A stretch of DNA of 64,000 bases, from the NCBI GenBank assembly GCA_026417415.1, contig JAOADG010000008.1, positions 579,612-643,611 of the forward strand. The letters run 5' to 3'. A program made the position numbers and the translations under genes. Positions 18,076 to 31,622 of this stretch are shown piece after piece (position 1 is the first letter of the stretch; each line of letters begins with the position of its first letter). Source of the stretch: a bacterium (GTDB taxonomy: Bacteria; Electryoneota; JAOADG01). The notes under the pieces were generated by a model that worked only from the letters and a program-made list of their open reading frames with translations, made no database searches and had not been told where the DNA came from.

Positions 18076-19660
18076 TTTTGAGATAAAAGTGGCAAAAAAA
18101 AATAAACCAATACCTGAAAGTACTCCTTTTGTTGAAGCGAAAGAAAATTCGTTTTTAAGCTCCGCAGAGATAGAGAAATACATATTGGGTACTATTCTCA
18201 CGGATGCTTCATCGTTGTCGATTGTAACAGAACAATTGGAGCCAGCGCACTTTTCCTCAAGTGTTCATGCATTTATTTATCAAGCTATTCTTAGATTAGA
18301 TAATCAACACCTTCCTATAGATATCGTAATGTTAACGGACTTTCTTGTTAAGAATAATCAGCTTGAAGAAGCAGGCGGCATTAGCTACATTAACCAACTC
18401 ATTGAAACGACAGTTTATCCATCTTTACTTGAAGCGTATTGCACTACAGTAAGGAATAAATGGATTATTCGAGCTTTAGGTCAGTATGCACGTGAGATAA
18501 TAGAACAAGTTTCTATTCCTGGTATTGAAGCTGAAAGTATGCTTGATGAATTTACTTCTAAGATTTTTGATCTATCAAGAAAACGTGGTGTTGGTGGTTT
18601 TCGAAGAATAAGCGAATTTTTAGTTCCTACACTTCAAAAGGTTACTGATTACAATAAGCGACAAGCCACGATTATAGGTGTTCCAACTGGATTTAAAGAT
18701 CTCAATCAATATACTGGTGGATTTCAAAAAGGTGAATTAATTATTATTGCTGCCCGTCCGTCAGTTGGTAAAACCAGCTTAGCATTGAATATGGCGTTAT
18801 CTGCTGCAAAAGAATCTGGAAAGCGAGTTGGTTTTATCAGTTTAGAGATGTCTGCTGAACAAATTATTCTTCGGTTGCTAGCAATGACTTCAAAGTTACC
18901 ACTACACTTGGTAAGGACAGGGCGGCTAAATGCAGAAGAGTTTGATCGGTTATTTTATGCTTCCGAGATATTGCATCCGCTTCCTATCTTTATTGATGAT
19001 AGAAGCGATCAAGGTTTGAATGAAATACGTGCAAAAGTGCGAAGATTAAAGAAAGAAAATGATATTGATATTTTGTTTTTAGATTATCTTGGACTTATTA
19101 GACAACCCGAGAAAGTGGAATCAGTACAAGTTGCAATTGCCAATGCAACACGTGCATTAAAATCTTTAGCAAAAGATTTAGCGATACCTATTGTTGTTTT
19201 AGCTCAACTTAATCGTGCTGCTGTGGATGATAAATCTGATAAAAGGCCTAAATTACACAACCTTAGAGATTCTGGGGCAATTGAACAAGATGCAGATGTG
19301 GTGATTTTTCTGTATCGTGAACAATATGAAAAGTATAAGAAAAAAGAAGAATTGACAGAAGAAGAAAAAAAGAAATTAAAAAACGCAGAAATTATAATCG
19401 CGAAACAAAGAAATGGACCTACTGGAACCATCGAAGTTGTATTTATCAATGAATATGCAAGTTTTGAAGAAAAAGAAAAGATTTACGAAACGTATGTGCA
19501 ATCTGAAACTCCGAGACAGGAAGAATATGTATCACGAAAGAAGTTAAAAATAGTACCTAAGAGTTCAAGTAGAACAAAAGATGAACTTCAAAAAGATATA
19601 AATGAATCGCCTCCTGATAGTAAGTATGAAGATACTGAATCACAAGATATTTCATTTTAA
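18059..19660 (+). CDS. dnaB: Replicative DNA helicase DnaB
   Basis: The N-terminal domain (SAEIEKYILGTIL), Walker A (ARPSVGKTS), RecA-like core and C-terminal IIIAKQRNGPTG are all present. The start is ambiguous (GTG at 18059 or 18089). The protein has a Lys/Glu-rich insertion and a ~95-aa acidic C-terminal tail. Confidence 0.85.
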   Translation: MVLSSNFEIKVAKKNKPIPESTPFVEAKENSFLSSAEIEKYILGTILTDASSLSIVTEQLEPAHFSSSVHAFIYQAILRLDNQHLPIDIVMLTDFLVKNNQLEEAGGISYINQLIETTVYPSLLEAYCTTVRNKWIIRALGQYAREIIEQVSIPGIEAESMLDEFTSKIFDLSRKRGVGGFRRISEFLVPTLQKVTDYNKRQATIIGVPTGFKDLNQYTGGFQKGELIIIAARPSVGKTSLALNMALSAAKESGKRVGFISLEMSAEQIILRLLAMTSKLPLHLVRTGRLNAEEFDRLFYASEILHPLPIFIDDRSDQGLNEIRAKVRRLKKENDIDILFLDYLGLIRQPEKVESVQVAIANATRALKSLAKDLAIPIVVLAQLNRAAVDDKSDKRPKLHNLRDSGAIEQDADVVIFLYREQYEKYKKKEELTEEEKKKLKNAEIIIAKQRNGPTGTIEVVFINEYASFEEKEKIYETYVQSETPRQEEYVSRKKLKIVPKSSSRTKDELQKDINESPPDSKYEDTESQDISF

Positions 19661-21900
19661 TGATGTTTAACGAAAACAGATCCAATTTAAATCAAGCCGT
19701 TGGATATACGTCAAATAGTGAATCCATTGTCACAGGAACTTTTTTCCCAACTGAATTGAAATATCTAACGATTAAAGAATGTAACCTTGCTTTTAATGAT
19801 TTAGTAAATGAAGTTGCACAATCAGGTTTTGACACAGAAAAATTATATGATGTTTATCAATTTGTTGCGAGGCATCATCAAAAACAGAAACGAAAAGATG
19901 GCACACCCTATTTATCTCATTTAGTAGCTACAGCAAAAATAGTTAGCCAACTGAAAATAGATCCTATTATGATTCAGGCGGCGTTACTTCACGATTCAGT
20001 TGAAGAACCTGTTTTGACTATCCCCAAAATTGAAGAAATGTTTGGTAAACAAGTAGCAATCATTGTAGATGGAGTTACCAAAATTAATGAAATCCATTTT
20101 GGTACCTTGATTGATGCCCAAGCGCAAAATCTACGTAAGATGATCTTAGCCATGTCACAAGATGTCCGTGTGATTTTGGTTAAACTTGCAGATCGTTTAC
20201 ATAATATGACTTCTATTGAATATCTATCCCATCAAAGACAGCAAGAGATTGCTCGTGAAACTTTAGATATATATGCTCCAATTGCTCATCGTTTAGGAAT
20301 ATGGTGGATGAAATGGCGATTAGAAGACCTATGTTTTAAAGTATTGGATAGAAATGCATACAATACAATTCGTGAAAAAGTTGCATCAAAAAGAGAACAT
20401 CGTGAAGAATTATTAAAAGAATGTATTCAATTGATCAAATCAAAATTATTAGAAGACCACATCCAAGCAGAAGTAATTGGGCGTGCAAAACACTTCTATT
20501 CTATTTATAAAAAGATGACCACACAAGGTCGTAGTTTTGATGATATTTTAGATTTATTAGCAATTCGGATCATCGTAGACACTGTTGATCAATGTTATAT
20601 TGCTTTGGGAATCGTCCATAAACTTTTTACACCCAATCCAGAATACTTTTATGATTATATTGCAAGTCCTAAAACAAATGGCTACAAAAGTATCCATACA
20701 AAAGTGATTGGCCCAGAAGGTCATACGATTGAAGTGCAGATTCGTACAAAAGAGATGGACCGTGAATCAGAGTTTGGATTAGCGTCGCATTATTCTTATA
20801 AAGAAGGTACAGGTTGGGATCAATTAGATAATGAGTTATCCAAATGGATGCGTTCTATGTTAGATGCGCAATCTGAAATGCAAGATAGTGAAGAGTTGTT
20901 GCAAGTTATCCAATCAGATTTTCAACCCAAAGATATCTTTGTAATTTCACCAAAAGGGAATATTTATCGTTTACCAAAAGGTTCTAATGCAATTGATTTT
21001 GCATTTCAAATCCATAGTGATGTTGGTTTACATGCTATTGCTGCAAAAGTGAATGGGAAAATATTTCCATTGTTAGATCCTTTGCCCTATGGCAGTACGG
21101 TAGAAATCATTACTTCTGAGAAAGCACATCCATCTATAGAATGGTTGGGAAAAGTAAAAACTTCACGTGCTAAATCACAGATTAAAAAGTACTTTCAAGA
21201 AATTCGTTTTGAAGAAAGCAAAAAATTAGGTCAAGAAATTGTTCAAAGCGAACTTAAAAAACTTGATCTTAACTTACAAGATGATGAATTGTTGACTGCT
21301 GCGAACAGAATGGGTTATCAGGATTTAAAGACCTTTTATGCAGCGATTGGTTTAGGAGAGATTAAGATAGGTAATCTGATACGTCATCTTATTCCACAAG
21401 AAAGTCAGAACTCGAAATGGATTACAAAATTAATTCGTTGGAAGAAACCTAAAGATATACAAGGAGCAATACGGATTACTGGTGGAGATAATTATGTTGT
21501 TACCTTATCTGAATGTTGTACACCAGTACCTGGAGATTTGATTAGAGGGTTTATAGTAAAAGGAAAGGGTGTAATCGTACACCGGTCAGATTGTGCACAA
21601 ATTGACAAGTTTAACTCAGAGCAGCGAATAGAAGTTTATTGGGATGTAGATCCTGGAACTTTGTTCCAATGCAAATTAAAAATTACAGCCATTGATAGAA
21701 AAGGAATGCTTGCTGATATTGCTACCAAATTGTCTCATTCAGATATCAATATCAACAGTTTAACGATGAATGTACAAGATAATACTGCCGTTGGGTTAAT
21801 TATCATTTCAGTAAACAGTTTATCTCAATTATCAACACTTATTAATCGTCTTTTATCAATCAATGGTGTACTTAGAGTTCAACGTGTAGATGAAAAGTAG
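19660..21900 (+). CDS. relA: Bifunctional (p)ppGpp synthetase / hydrolase (RelA/SpoT family)
   Basis: The protein has an HD hydrolase domain (HDSVED), a synthetase domain, and TGS and ACT domains, and is 746 aa. The ATG overlaps the dnaB stop. Confidence 0.9.
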   Translation: MMFNENRSNLNQAVGYTSNSESIVTGTFFPTELKYLTIKECNLAFNDLVNEVAQSGFDTEKLYDVYQFVARHHQKQKRKDGTPYLSHLVATAKIVSQLKIDPIMIQAALLHDSVEEPVLTIPKIEEMFGKQVAIIVDGVTKINEIHFGTLIDAQAQNLRKMILAMSQDVRVILVKLADRLHNMTSIEYLSHQRQQEIARETLDIYAPIAHRLGIWWMKWRLEDLCFKVLDRNAYNTIREKVASKREHREELLKECIQLIKSKLLEDHIQAEVIGRAKHFYSIYKKMTTQGRSFDDILDLLAIRIIVDTVDQCYIALGIVHKLFTPNPEYFYDYIASPKTNGYKSIHTKVIGPEGHTIEVQIRTKEMDRESEFGLASHYSYKEGTGWDQLDNELSKWMRSMLDAQSEMQDSEELLQVIQSDFQPKDIFVISPKGNIYRLPKGSNAIDFAFQIHSDVGLHAIAAKVNGKIFPLLDPLPYGSTVEIITSEKAHPSIEWLGKVKTSRAKSQIKKYFQEIRFEESKKLGQEIVQSELKKLDLNLQDDELLTAANRMGYQDLKTFYAAIGLGEIKIGNLIRHLIPQESQNSKWITKLIRWKKPKDIQGAIRITGGDNYVVTLSECCTPVPGDLIRGFIVKGKGVIVHRSDCAQIDKFNSEQRIEVYWDVDPGTLFQCKLKITAIDRKGMLADIATKLSHSDININSLTMNVQDNTAVGLIIISVNSLSQLSTLINRLLSINGVLRVQRVDEK

Positions 21901-22345
21901 AATTCATAACGAATATTTCGTTATTGCAATAGATCCTGGTACAAAAAGATGGGGTGTTGCAATAGGAGAATTGAATACAAAACAGGTTTTTCAGATGTAT
22001 CTTTTTGAACATGGTTACGAAGAAAACTTCAAACAATTAGAACAACTTATTCATCATTACAAAATTAAAGCAATTGTAGTAGGGTATCCTACTTATTTAG
22101 ATGGTAAAAAACATTCAATGTCATTTTTCGTTGATGAATTGTGTGCACACTTAAAACGTTTTGATATTCCAGTTCGCAAGGTTGATGAAAGGTTATCAAG
22201 TTTCGTTGTGGAAGAAGAATTAAAGTTATTTAATGTGAAAAATAGAAAAAAAAAGAAACTTATAGATAAATTATCAGCAAAGTTAATTTTAGAAGATGCT
22301 TTCAGAGAAAATATTCTTGATGATTTAATCCAACCTATTGAATGA
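21890..22345 (+). CDS. ruvX: Holliday junction resolvase-like protein RuvX/YqgF
   Basis: VIAIDPGTKRWGVAIGE matches the YqgF N-terminus. The protein is 151 aa. Confidence 0.85.
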   Translation: MKSRIHNEYFVIAIDPGTKRWGVAIGELNTKQVFQMYLFEHGYEENFKQLEQLIHHYKIKAIVVGYPTYLDGKKHSMSFFVDELCAHLKRFDIPVRKVDERLSSFVVEEELKLFNVKNRKKKKLIDKLSAKLILEDAFRENILDDLIQPIE

Positions 22346-23850
22346 AAAGCTTCATAAAAGAATTTGCATTCATTTTTTTATCAGCAACAATGTTTGCATT
22401 TTCACATCCCCCTAATCCTTTAGGATGGATGGTTTTTATTGCATTCGTTCCTTTATTTTTCGTATTGGAAAGGACTAAAAAAAGTTGGTTCTGGTATGGT
22501 CTTCTATTTTTTCTGTTTTATTACTTACTTTCAGTAAGATGGATTGCATCCAACACCGGAACAACTAAAGAATTGGCATTTCTATCTTATCTTATCACTA
22601 CGTTATTTCTTACATTGCGAAGTAGTATTCTTTTTTTGTTAGGACAATTCCTTAAAAAATTGATTGACGAACGGTATGCTTTATTCTTTCTTTTATTACT
22701 ATGGCCTGTTTGGGAATGGGTATGTTCGTTGGGTGAAACGGGGTTTCCTTGGACAATAGTTGCGTTATCTATTTTACCTTTAGAAATATATAACGGATAT
22801 CTTTCAGTCACTGGGATTTGGGGCGCTTCAGCATTGGCATTATGGATAAACTATTTTCTTTTACGCTTCTTTCAAAGTTTTCAACCCAATTGGTTGTTTG
22901 CTGCACTTGCTTTGCTTATTCTACCTGTTCTTATTCCTGTTTTCAACAATCCTTCTGAAACTATTTCAATTCGTGTAGGTGTCGTCCAGCAAAATATTGA
23001 TCCTGCTGGTAAATGGGCAGATGATCCAGTCGTTTCTTTAAATCGAGTATATGAATTATCCAAATCAGTCCTGCTTAAAAATCCTGATTTTTTTGTTTGG
23101 CCAGAAACTGCGGTACCTTTTCATTTAATGGCGAGACATCATCATAGAGAGAGAGTTCAAAAATTTATTGACTCTTTGCAAGTTTCAGTTATTACTGGTG
23201 CACAACATTTTATAAGAGTTAATGACGAAATACGGTTATACAATGCAGTATTTTGTATAAGACCATCTAATTTAGGTGGAGTAGATTCACAGTTTTATGC
23301 AAAGCGAAAATTAGTACCAGGTGGTGAAAGAATGCCATTTCAAGCATTTTTGCCCTTTATGAGTAAGATTAAACTAGGCCAAGCAGAATTTTCAGAAGGT
23401 CCCACTGAGTTACCATTAAAAGTCCCCACTAAAAAAGGTACGATAGCAGTTGGTACCCCTGTATGTTATGAGTCGATTTTTCCAGATATATCAATTATGT
23501 TCGCAAAGCATCAAGTTCAATTACTTGCAAATGTTACAAATGATGGATGGTACGATGGGACAATAGAAAAGACACAACACGCAGAACTGTTTAAGGCTAG
23601 AGCTTTAGAAATCGGTGTACCATTGGTAAGAAGTGCCAATACTGGTATTTCAGGATGGATTAATGCAAAGGGGAAATGGGAAAGTTTAATGGTAGAACAA
23701 AAACCTTCGGCAGATGTTTATGAAATTCCTGTTCCTAAGCGACCTCATCGTTCAATTGGCTCATATCCTTGGTTACCATTATTTAGTATATTGATAGTAC
23801 TATCTTTGGTAATATGGATAACAAAGACAAAGAACATCAACAAACAATAA
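22342..23850 (+). CDS. lnt: Apolipoprotein N-acyltransferase
   Basis: A polytopic N-terminal membrane domain is followed by a CN-hydrolase domain (VWPETAVP). The protein is 502 aa. Confidence 0.85.
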   Translation: MKSFIKEFAFIFLSATMFAFSHPPNPLGWMVFIAFVPLFFVLERTKKSWFWYGLLFFLFYYLLSVRWIASNTGTTKELAFLSYLITTLFLTLRSSILFLLGQFLKKLIDERYALFFLLLLWPVWEWVCSLGETGFPWTIVALSILPLEIYNGYLSVTGIWGASALALWINYFLLRFFQSFQPNWLFAALALLILPVLIPVFNNPSETISIRVGVVQQNIDPAGKWADDPVVSLNRVYELSKSVLLKNPDFFVWPETAVPFHLMARHHHRERVQKFIDSLQVSVITGAQHFIRVNDEIRLYNAVFCIRPSNLGGVDSQFYAKRKLVPGGERMPFQAFLPFMSKIKLGQAEFSEGPTELPLKVPTKKGTIAVGTPVCYESIFPDISIMFAKHQVQLLANVTNDGWYDGTIEKTQHAELFKARALEIGVPLVRSANTGISGWINAKGKWESLMVEQKPSADVYEIPVPKRPHRSIGSYPWLPLFSILIVLSLVIWITKTKNINKQ

Positions 23851-23855
23851 TTAGT

Positions 23856-24604
23856 ATGGATAAAAAAATACTCAAATTGGTTTTAGTTTTACTTCTATTG
23901 ACTACTTTAAGTTGTAGTAATAAAAAAGCTCTTTTACCCACTTCTGCTGAACAACGCTATGAAAAAATTAAAGGGTTATTTTATAAAAAGAAATATGATA
24001 AGACAATAGAAGAAGCTGAACAATTTTTAATCGCTTATTCTGGTGCAAGCATAGTCGATTCTGTACAATATTATTTAGCAGAATCCCATTTCTTACTAAA
24101 AGAATTCGTTCTTGCACAAGCAGAGTATGAACGACTATATGAACAATTCCCATCATCACCACTGGTAGAAATTGCTAAGTTTAAATCAGCTCTTTCTAAT
24201 TACAAATTATCACCTCAAAGTCAGTTGGATCAAAAATATACCTACTTAGCATATGATGGGTTTCAGCAATTTTTAGATGAATTTCCTAAAAGCCAATTTA
24301 AAGAAGAAGCTGAACAACTTTTAGCAGATTGTAGAGAAAAGTTAGCAAAAAAAGAATTGGAAGCAGGTAATCTCTACTTAAAACTTAGAAAGTATGAAGC
24401 AGCGTTGTCCTATTTTGATTTTGTCATAGATGAATTTTATATGACTAAAAGTGAACCTTGGGCATATTTAGGAAAAGGAAAAGTTTTTGAGATACTTCAA
24501 GAATATTCAAATGCTCTATTGATGTATCAAAAAGTGATTTCAAAATATCCATACTCAGAAGCTGCGCGAAAAGCATTACAACGAATTCAGTACTTATCGC
24601 AAAA

Positions 24605-24608
<4 letters not shown>
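23856..24608 (+). CDS. bamD: Outer membrane protein assembly factor BamD (TPR lipoprotein)
   Basis: The lipoprotein signal MDKKILKLVLVLLLLTTLSC carries a lipobox Cys. TPR repeats follow, in BamD/YfiO/ComL-like architecture. The ORF track's 23814 start lies inside the lnt 3' end, so I prefer 23856. Confidence 0.7.
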
Positions 24609-27243
<2,635 letters not shown>

Positions 27244-27280
27244 TTATCTTGGGAAAATTCAAAGAGGAGATTTATTATTA

Positions 27281-27847
27281 ATGGCGACTACGGCTGATTT
27301 GAGAAATGGTTTAACCATAGAATTTAAAAATGATATTTATCAGGTAATTGAATTTCAACATGTGAAACCGGGTAAAGGTGGAGCATTTGTAAGAACTAAA
27401 TTAAAAAATGTGGTTAATGGAAGAGTATTAGAACAAACTTTTCGTAGCGGTGAAACTATTGATATCGTTCGGCTTGAAGCGAAAAAAATGCAATTTCTAT
27501 ATATTGAGAATGATTACTATGTGTTCATGGATCAGGAAACGTTTGAACAAATTCATTTATCCGAAAAACAAATTGGTGATGATAAGTATTTCTTAAAAGA
27601 AGGTGAAATTGTTGATGTATTATTTCATGGGGACACTCCATTAAGTATGACACTTCCGTTTTTTATTGTTTACACTGTAGTTGAAACCGAACCAGGTGTA
27701 CGTGGTGATACAGCTCAAGGTGGAGCAACAAAACCTGCAAAGATTGAAACTGGTGCAACCATCCAAGTTCCTCTTTTCGTAGAACAAGGAGATAAAATTC
27801 GGGTGGATACAAGAACACGTACATATATGGAAAGGGTAAAGGAGTAA
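27281..27847 (+). CDS. efp: Elongation factor P
   Basis: The protein begins [15 protein letters not shown]...[16 protein letters not shown], with the conserved KPGKG loop. An AAAGAGGAG RBS lies upstream of the ATG at 27281. Confidence 0.9.
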   Translation: MATTADLRNGLTIEFKNDIYQVIEFQHVKPGKGGAFVRTKLKNVVNGRVLEQTFRSGETIDIVRLEAKKMQFLYIENDYYVFMDQETFEQIHLSEKQIGDDKYFLKEGEIVDVLFHGDTPLSMTLPFFIVYTVVETEPGVRGDTAQGGATKPAKIETGATIQVPLFVEQGDKIRVDTRTRTYMERVKE

Positions 27848-27848
27848 T

Positions 27849-28394
27849 ATGCCAAGAAAAACTACCCAGTCGAAATCACTTAATTTAGAAAACAAAGTAA
27901 CTTCGGAAATACAACCGTTCAATATTGATTTTTTGATGTTACAAGAATTGGTGAACTTGTTAGAAAAATCTCAATTAACTGAATTGGAAATCGATACCGG
28001 AGTAACGCGTGTTTGGTTAAGTAAAAATCAACCTTTGATTCAATCGAGCTTTTTCCCACAGACAGTACCCATTAATGTTTCACAATCGCCCATTTCTACA
28101 ACTCCAATTTCAACAAATGTCGAGACCAAAACAACATCAACATCTTCAAGTTTAGTTGAGGTACGTAGTCCAATGGTGGGTACATTTTATGCAGCACCAT
28201 CACCAGACGCTGAACCCTATGTTAAAGTTGGCGATTTTGTTCGTGAAGGTCAAATTCTCTGCATTATTGAAGCGATGAAATTGATGAATGAAATTGAATC
28301 TGAAGTTTCTGGCAAAGTTGTAGAAATCAGTGTGAAGAATGGTCAACCTGTAGAATTTAATGCTGTTTTGTTTAGGATAGAGCCGAGTGTCTGA
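27849..28394 (+). CDS. accB: Acetyl-CoA carboxylase biotin carboxyl carrier protein
   Basis: A Ser/Thr/Pro-rich linker is followed by a C-terminal biotinyl domain carrying the [10 protein letters not shown] motif. Confidence 0.85.
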   Translation: MPRKTTQSKSLNLENKVTSEIQPFNIDFLMLQELVNLLEKSQLTELEIDTGVTRVWLSKNQPLIQSSFFPQTVPINVSQSPISTTPISTNVETKTTSTSSSLVEVRSPMVGTFYAAPSPDAEPYVKVGDFVREGQILCIIEAMKLMNEIESEVSGKVVEISVKNGQPVEFNAVLFRIEPSV

Positions 28395-29751
28395 TTTTCA
28401 GATTAAAAAGATTTTGATTGCCAATCGAGGTGAAATCGCACTTCGTGTGATTCGTGCTGCGAAAGAGCTCGGTATCAAGACAGTGGCTGTTTATTCTGTT
28501 GCAGATAAAGATTCTTTGCATGTACGTTTTGCCGATGAAGCAATTTGTATAGGTCCTCCTCCTTCCGCTGAAAGTTATTTAAACAGTACTCGTATTTTGG
28601 CTGCAGCGGAAATTTCTGGTGCTGATGCTATTCATCCGGGTTACGGGTTTCTTTCAGAAAACGCTGATTTTGCTGAACAAGTTATTGCAAGTGGGATTAT
28701 TTGGATTGGACCTAATCATCATGCAATCCGACAAATGGGTGATAAAGCATTAGCAAAAGCAACAATGAAAGAAGCAGGGGTTCCTGTCATTCCTGGTTCC
28801 AATGGAATTGTAAAGGAGGTTTATACAGCATTACAGATTGCTAATGAAATTGGTTATCCAGTGATTTTAAAAGCAACTGCCGGTGGTGGTGGCCGTGGTA
28901 TGAGAATAGTAAGAAATGCTGAATCTATGGAATCTATTTTTGGGATAGCTTCTGCAGAAGCAGAGTCAGCATTTGGTTGTGCTGATTTGTACTTGGAAAA
29001 GTATATTGAACAACCTAGACATATTGAAGTACAAGTTATTGGAGATAAATACGGAAATATTATTCATTTAGGTGAACGTGAATGTACGATTCAAAGAAGG
29101 CATCAAAAGTTAATTGAGGAAACCCCATCACCCGTAATCACTCCAGAACGTAGAGAAATAATTGGTAACGCTGCTGTATTAGGTGCTAAAAAAGTGAATT
29201 ATGATTCAGCTGGAACGATGGAATTTATATACGATCCCGAAGGAAAATTTTACTTTTTAGAAATGAATACTAGAATACAAGTGGAGCATCCAATTACAGA
29301 ACAAGTGACAAGAATAGATTTAGTTAAAGAACAAATTCGAGTTGCGGCTGGCGAAAAATTGTCTAAAACACAAGATCAAGTCCATATGCGAGGACATTGT
29401 TTTGAATGTAGAATTAATGCTGAAGATCCTGACCGTAATTTTTTACCTTCGCCGATACCAATAACTGCATTACATTTTCCAGGCGGACCTGGAGTTCGAA
29501 TAGATAGCTGTGCATATGATGGATATGTAATACCACCTTATTACGATAGTTTATTAGGGAAATTAATTGTTTTTGGAATAGATCGGCATGAAGCGATCAT
29601 GAGAATGAGAAGAGCTTTAGAAGAAATGATCGTTGAAGGACCTAAAACTACAATCCCATTGCATATTAAGATATTTAACGATCCTGTATTTGTATCTGGA
29701 AAATTTGATACAACTTACCTTGAAACAGTTTCTTTTTTAAAAAATAAATAG
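28387..29751 (+). CDS. accC: Acetyl-CoA carboxylase biotin carboxylase subunit
   Basis: A GTG start gives ..[22 protein letters not shown]-grasp and biotin carboxylase C-terminal motifs are present. The gene overlaps accB by 8 nt. Confidence 0.9.
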   Translation: MSDFQIKKILIANRGEIALRVIRAAKELGIKTVAVYSVADKDSLHVRFADEAICIGPPPSAESYLNSTRILAAAEISGADAIHPGYGFLSENADFAEQVIASGIIWIGPNHHAIRQMGDKALAKATMKEAGVPVIPGSNGIVKEVYTALQIANEIGYPVILKATAGGGGRGMRIVRNAESMESIFGIASAEAESAFGCADLYLEKYIEQPRHIEVQVIGDKYGNIIHLGERECTIQRRHQKLIEETPSPVITPERREIIGNAAVLGAKKVNYDSAGTMEFIYDPEGKFYFLEMNTRIQVEHPITEQVTRIDLVKEQIRVAAGEKLSKTQDQVHMRGHCFECRINAEDPDRNFLPSPIPITALHFPGGPGVRIDSCAYDGYVIPPYYDSLLGKLIVFGIDRHEAIMRMRRALEEMIVEGPKTTIPLHIKIFNDPVFVSGKFDTTYLETVSFLKNK

Positions 29752-29779
29752 TATTAAATTCAAACAATGGAGAAATTAT

Positions 29780-30175
29780 ATGGCTTACGTTATTTCAAAA
29801 AACCGTAATTATACGAAAACACATGAATGGTGTCTTACGGCCGATCATGTTTGTTTAGTTGGAATATCCGATTATGCCCAAAGTGAATTGGGAGATATTG
29901 TTCTTGTTGATTTTAAGGTTAGTGTTGGTCAAGAAGTCAAAGCAGGTGATGTTATCGCGACTATTGAAGCTGTGAAAACAGTATCAGACGTTTATGCACC
30001 TGTAAGCGGAACAATAAAAGAAATCAATTCAAAATTAGCTGATGATCCGTCTGTTGTAAATCAAGATGCTTACGGCGATGGGTGGTTGTTGAAAATTAGT
30101 GCAGCGAATTATTCAGAATGTGATGCTTTACTAAAACCGGATGAGTATGAAAATTATATAAGTAGCAGCCATTAA
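29780..30175 (+). CDS. gcvH: Glycine cleavage system H protein
   Basis: The lipoyl-lysine motif (IEAVKTVSDVYAPVSG) is present in a 131-aa protein. A GGAGA RBS lies upstream. Confidence 0.85.
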   Translation: MAYVISKNRNYTKTHEWCLTADHVCLVGISDYAQSELGDIVLVDFKVSVGQEVKAGDVIATIEAVKTVSDVYAPVSGTIKEINSKLADDPSVVNQDAYGDGWLLKISAANYSECDALLKPDEYENYISSSH

Positions 30176-30243
30176 AAGATACAGTGTAATTTTCAAAAGC
30201 ACAAAAGAAAAAGAATATTCATTTTTCTACTTAGGGAACATCT

Positions 30244-31587
30244 ATGACCTATACTCCTCACACACGACATGACCTCAGTGTAATGTTTACCGCTATTGGT
30301 ATTGAAAGGATTGAAGAACTTTTTTCTGATATTCCTGAAAACCTTTTAATTCAAGGTGAACTTGAACTTCCATCGTCTTTTTCGGAAATAGAAGTACGAA
30401 AAATTTTTCAGGAAATGGCAAATAAAAATGCAGTAGATAATAAAGCTATTTGTTTTGCTGGTATGGGAAGTTATGAACATTTTATTGCATCAGCGGTAAA
30501 TCCATTGTTGTTTCGTTCTGAATTTTATACGGCTTACACACCATACCAACCGGAAGTTGCACAGGGAACACTTCAATGCATTTATGAATTTCAATCATTA
30601 GTAACCAGATTAACTGGACTACCTGTAGCAAATGCTTCACTATACGATGGAGCAACAGCGATAGCAGAAGCAATTCAATTATTGCGTTCTTTTACCAAAA
30701 AAGATCGCATTGTTATTACTCGCGGTGTGAATCCATTGTATAGACAGGTGGTTGAGACAATTATTGGTTGTACAGAACCAGAAATTATCTATTGTCCTGT
30801 TAAAAATGGTATCACAGATTTAGTTGAACTTGAAATGCTGTTAACACCTGAAACTGCTTGCGTTGTTTTACAACAACCTAACTTTCTTGGTCAGATTGAG
30901 GATTTAGAAAAGTCAATACAGCTGATTAAATCAAAAAATATTCCAGTAATCGTTTCATCCTATCCTGTTTCTCTTGGTATGTTAGAAGCACCAGGGAATT
31001 TGGGTGCTGATATCGTAGTAGGAGATGGCCAATGTTTAGGTCCAGGTTTATTGAATGGTGGTCCATATCTGGGATTATTTGCAGCGAAAAAAGAGTACGT
31101 TCGGTTAATGCCAGGAAGAATTGCTGCGAGGACTGAGGATAGCCAAGGGCGTAAAGGTTATGTACTAACTCTACAAACCAGAGAACAACACATTCGTAGA
31201 GAAAAAGCAACTTCCAACATATGTACTAATCAAGGACTAATGATGTTGGCGATGTTGTTCAATGTATCATTCATAGGTAAGAAGGGGCTGCAAGAAATGG
31301 CTTTTCAGAGTCATCAGAAAGCTTTATATCTTTCTAGTATGCTTAAAGATGTTGGTTTACCACCTGTTTATACTGGTCCATTTTTTAATGAATTTGTTGT
31401 TCATCCAAAATGTGGAGCTGAAGAGTTTATAGTAAAAATGTTAGAAAAAGAAATACTTGCAGGCGTTGATCTGGGTAAGTTTGATGCTGATTATCAAGGA
31501 AAAGTTTTAATAACTGTAACTGAAATGCGTGATAAAAAACAGTTGGATGATTACGTAGTATTTGCAGATAAAGTGAATCAAGGTTAG
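30244..31587 (+). CDS. gcvPA: Glycine dehydrogenase (decarboxylating) subunit 1
   Basis: The 447-aa protein covers the N-terminal half of a split P-protein (PLP-dependent fold). No gcvPB or gcvT follows. Confidence 0.8.
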   Translation: MTYTPHTRHDLSVMFTAIGIERIEELFSDIPENLLIQGELELPSSFSEIEVRKIFQEMANKNAVDNKAICFAGMGSYEHFIASAVNPLLFRSEFYTAYTPYQPEVAQGTLQCIYEFQSLVTRLTGLPVANASLYDGATAIAEAIQLLRSFTKKDRIVITRGVNPLYRQVVETIIGCTEPEIIYCPVKNGITDLVELEMLLTPETACVVLQQPNFLGQIEDLEKSIQLIKSKNIPVIVSSYPVSLGMLEAPGNLGADIVVGDGQCLGPGLLNGGPYLGLFAAKKEYVRLMPGRIAARTEDSQGRKGYVLTLQTREQHIRREKATSNICTNQGLMMLAMLFNVSFIGKKGLQEMAFQSHQKALYLSSMLKDVGLPPVYTGPFFNEFVVHPKCGAEEFIVKMLEKEILAGVDLGKFDADYQGKVLITVTEMRDKKQLDDYVVFADKVNQG

Positions 31588-31622
31588 GTATAGTTTAATT
31601 CGCTACTTAAAGGAGATTTAAG

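Noticed and set aside
18059-19660. Intein in DnaB, suggested by the extra length
   Set aside because: The extra residues are a low-complexity K/E insertion and a C-terminal tail. There are no intein splicing blocks (no C/S...HN junction motifs), and the helicase motifs are contiguous.
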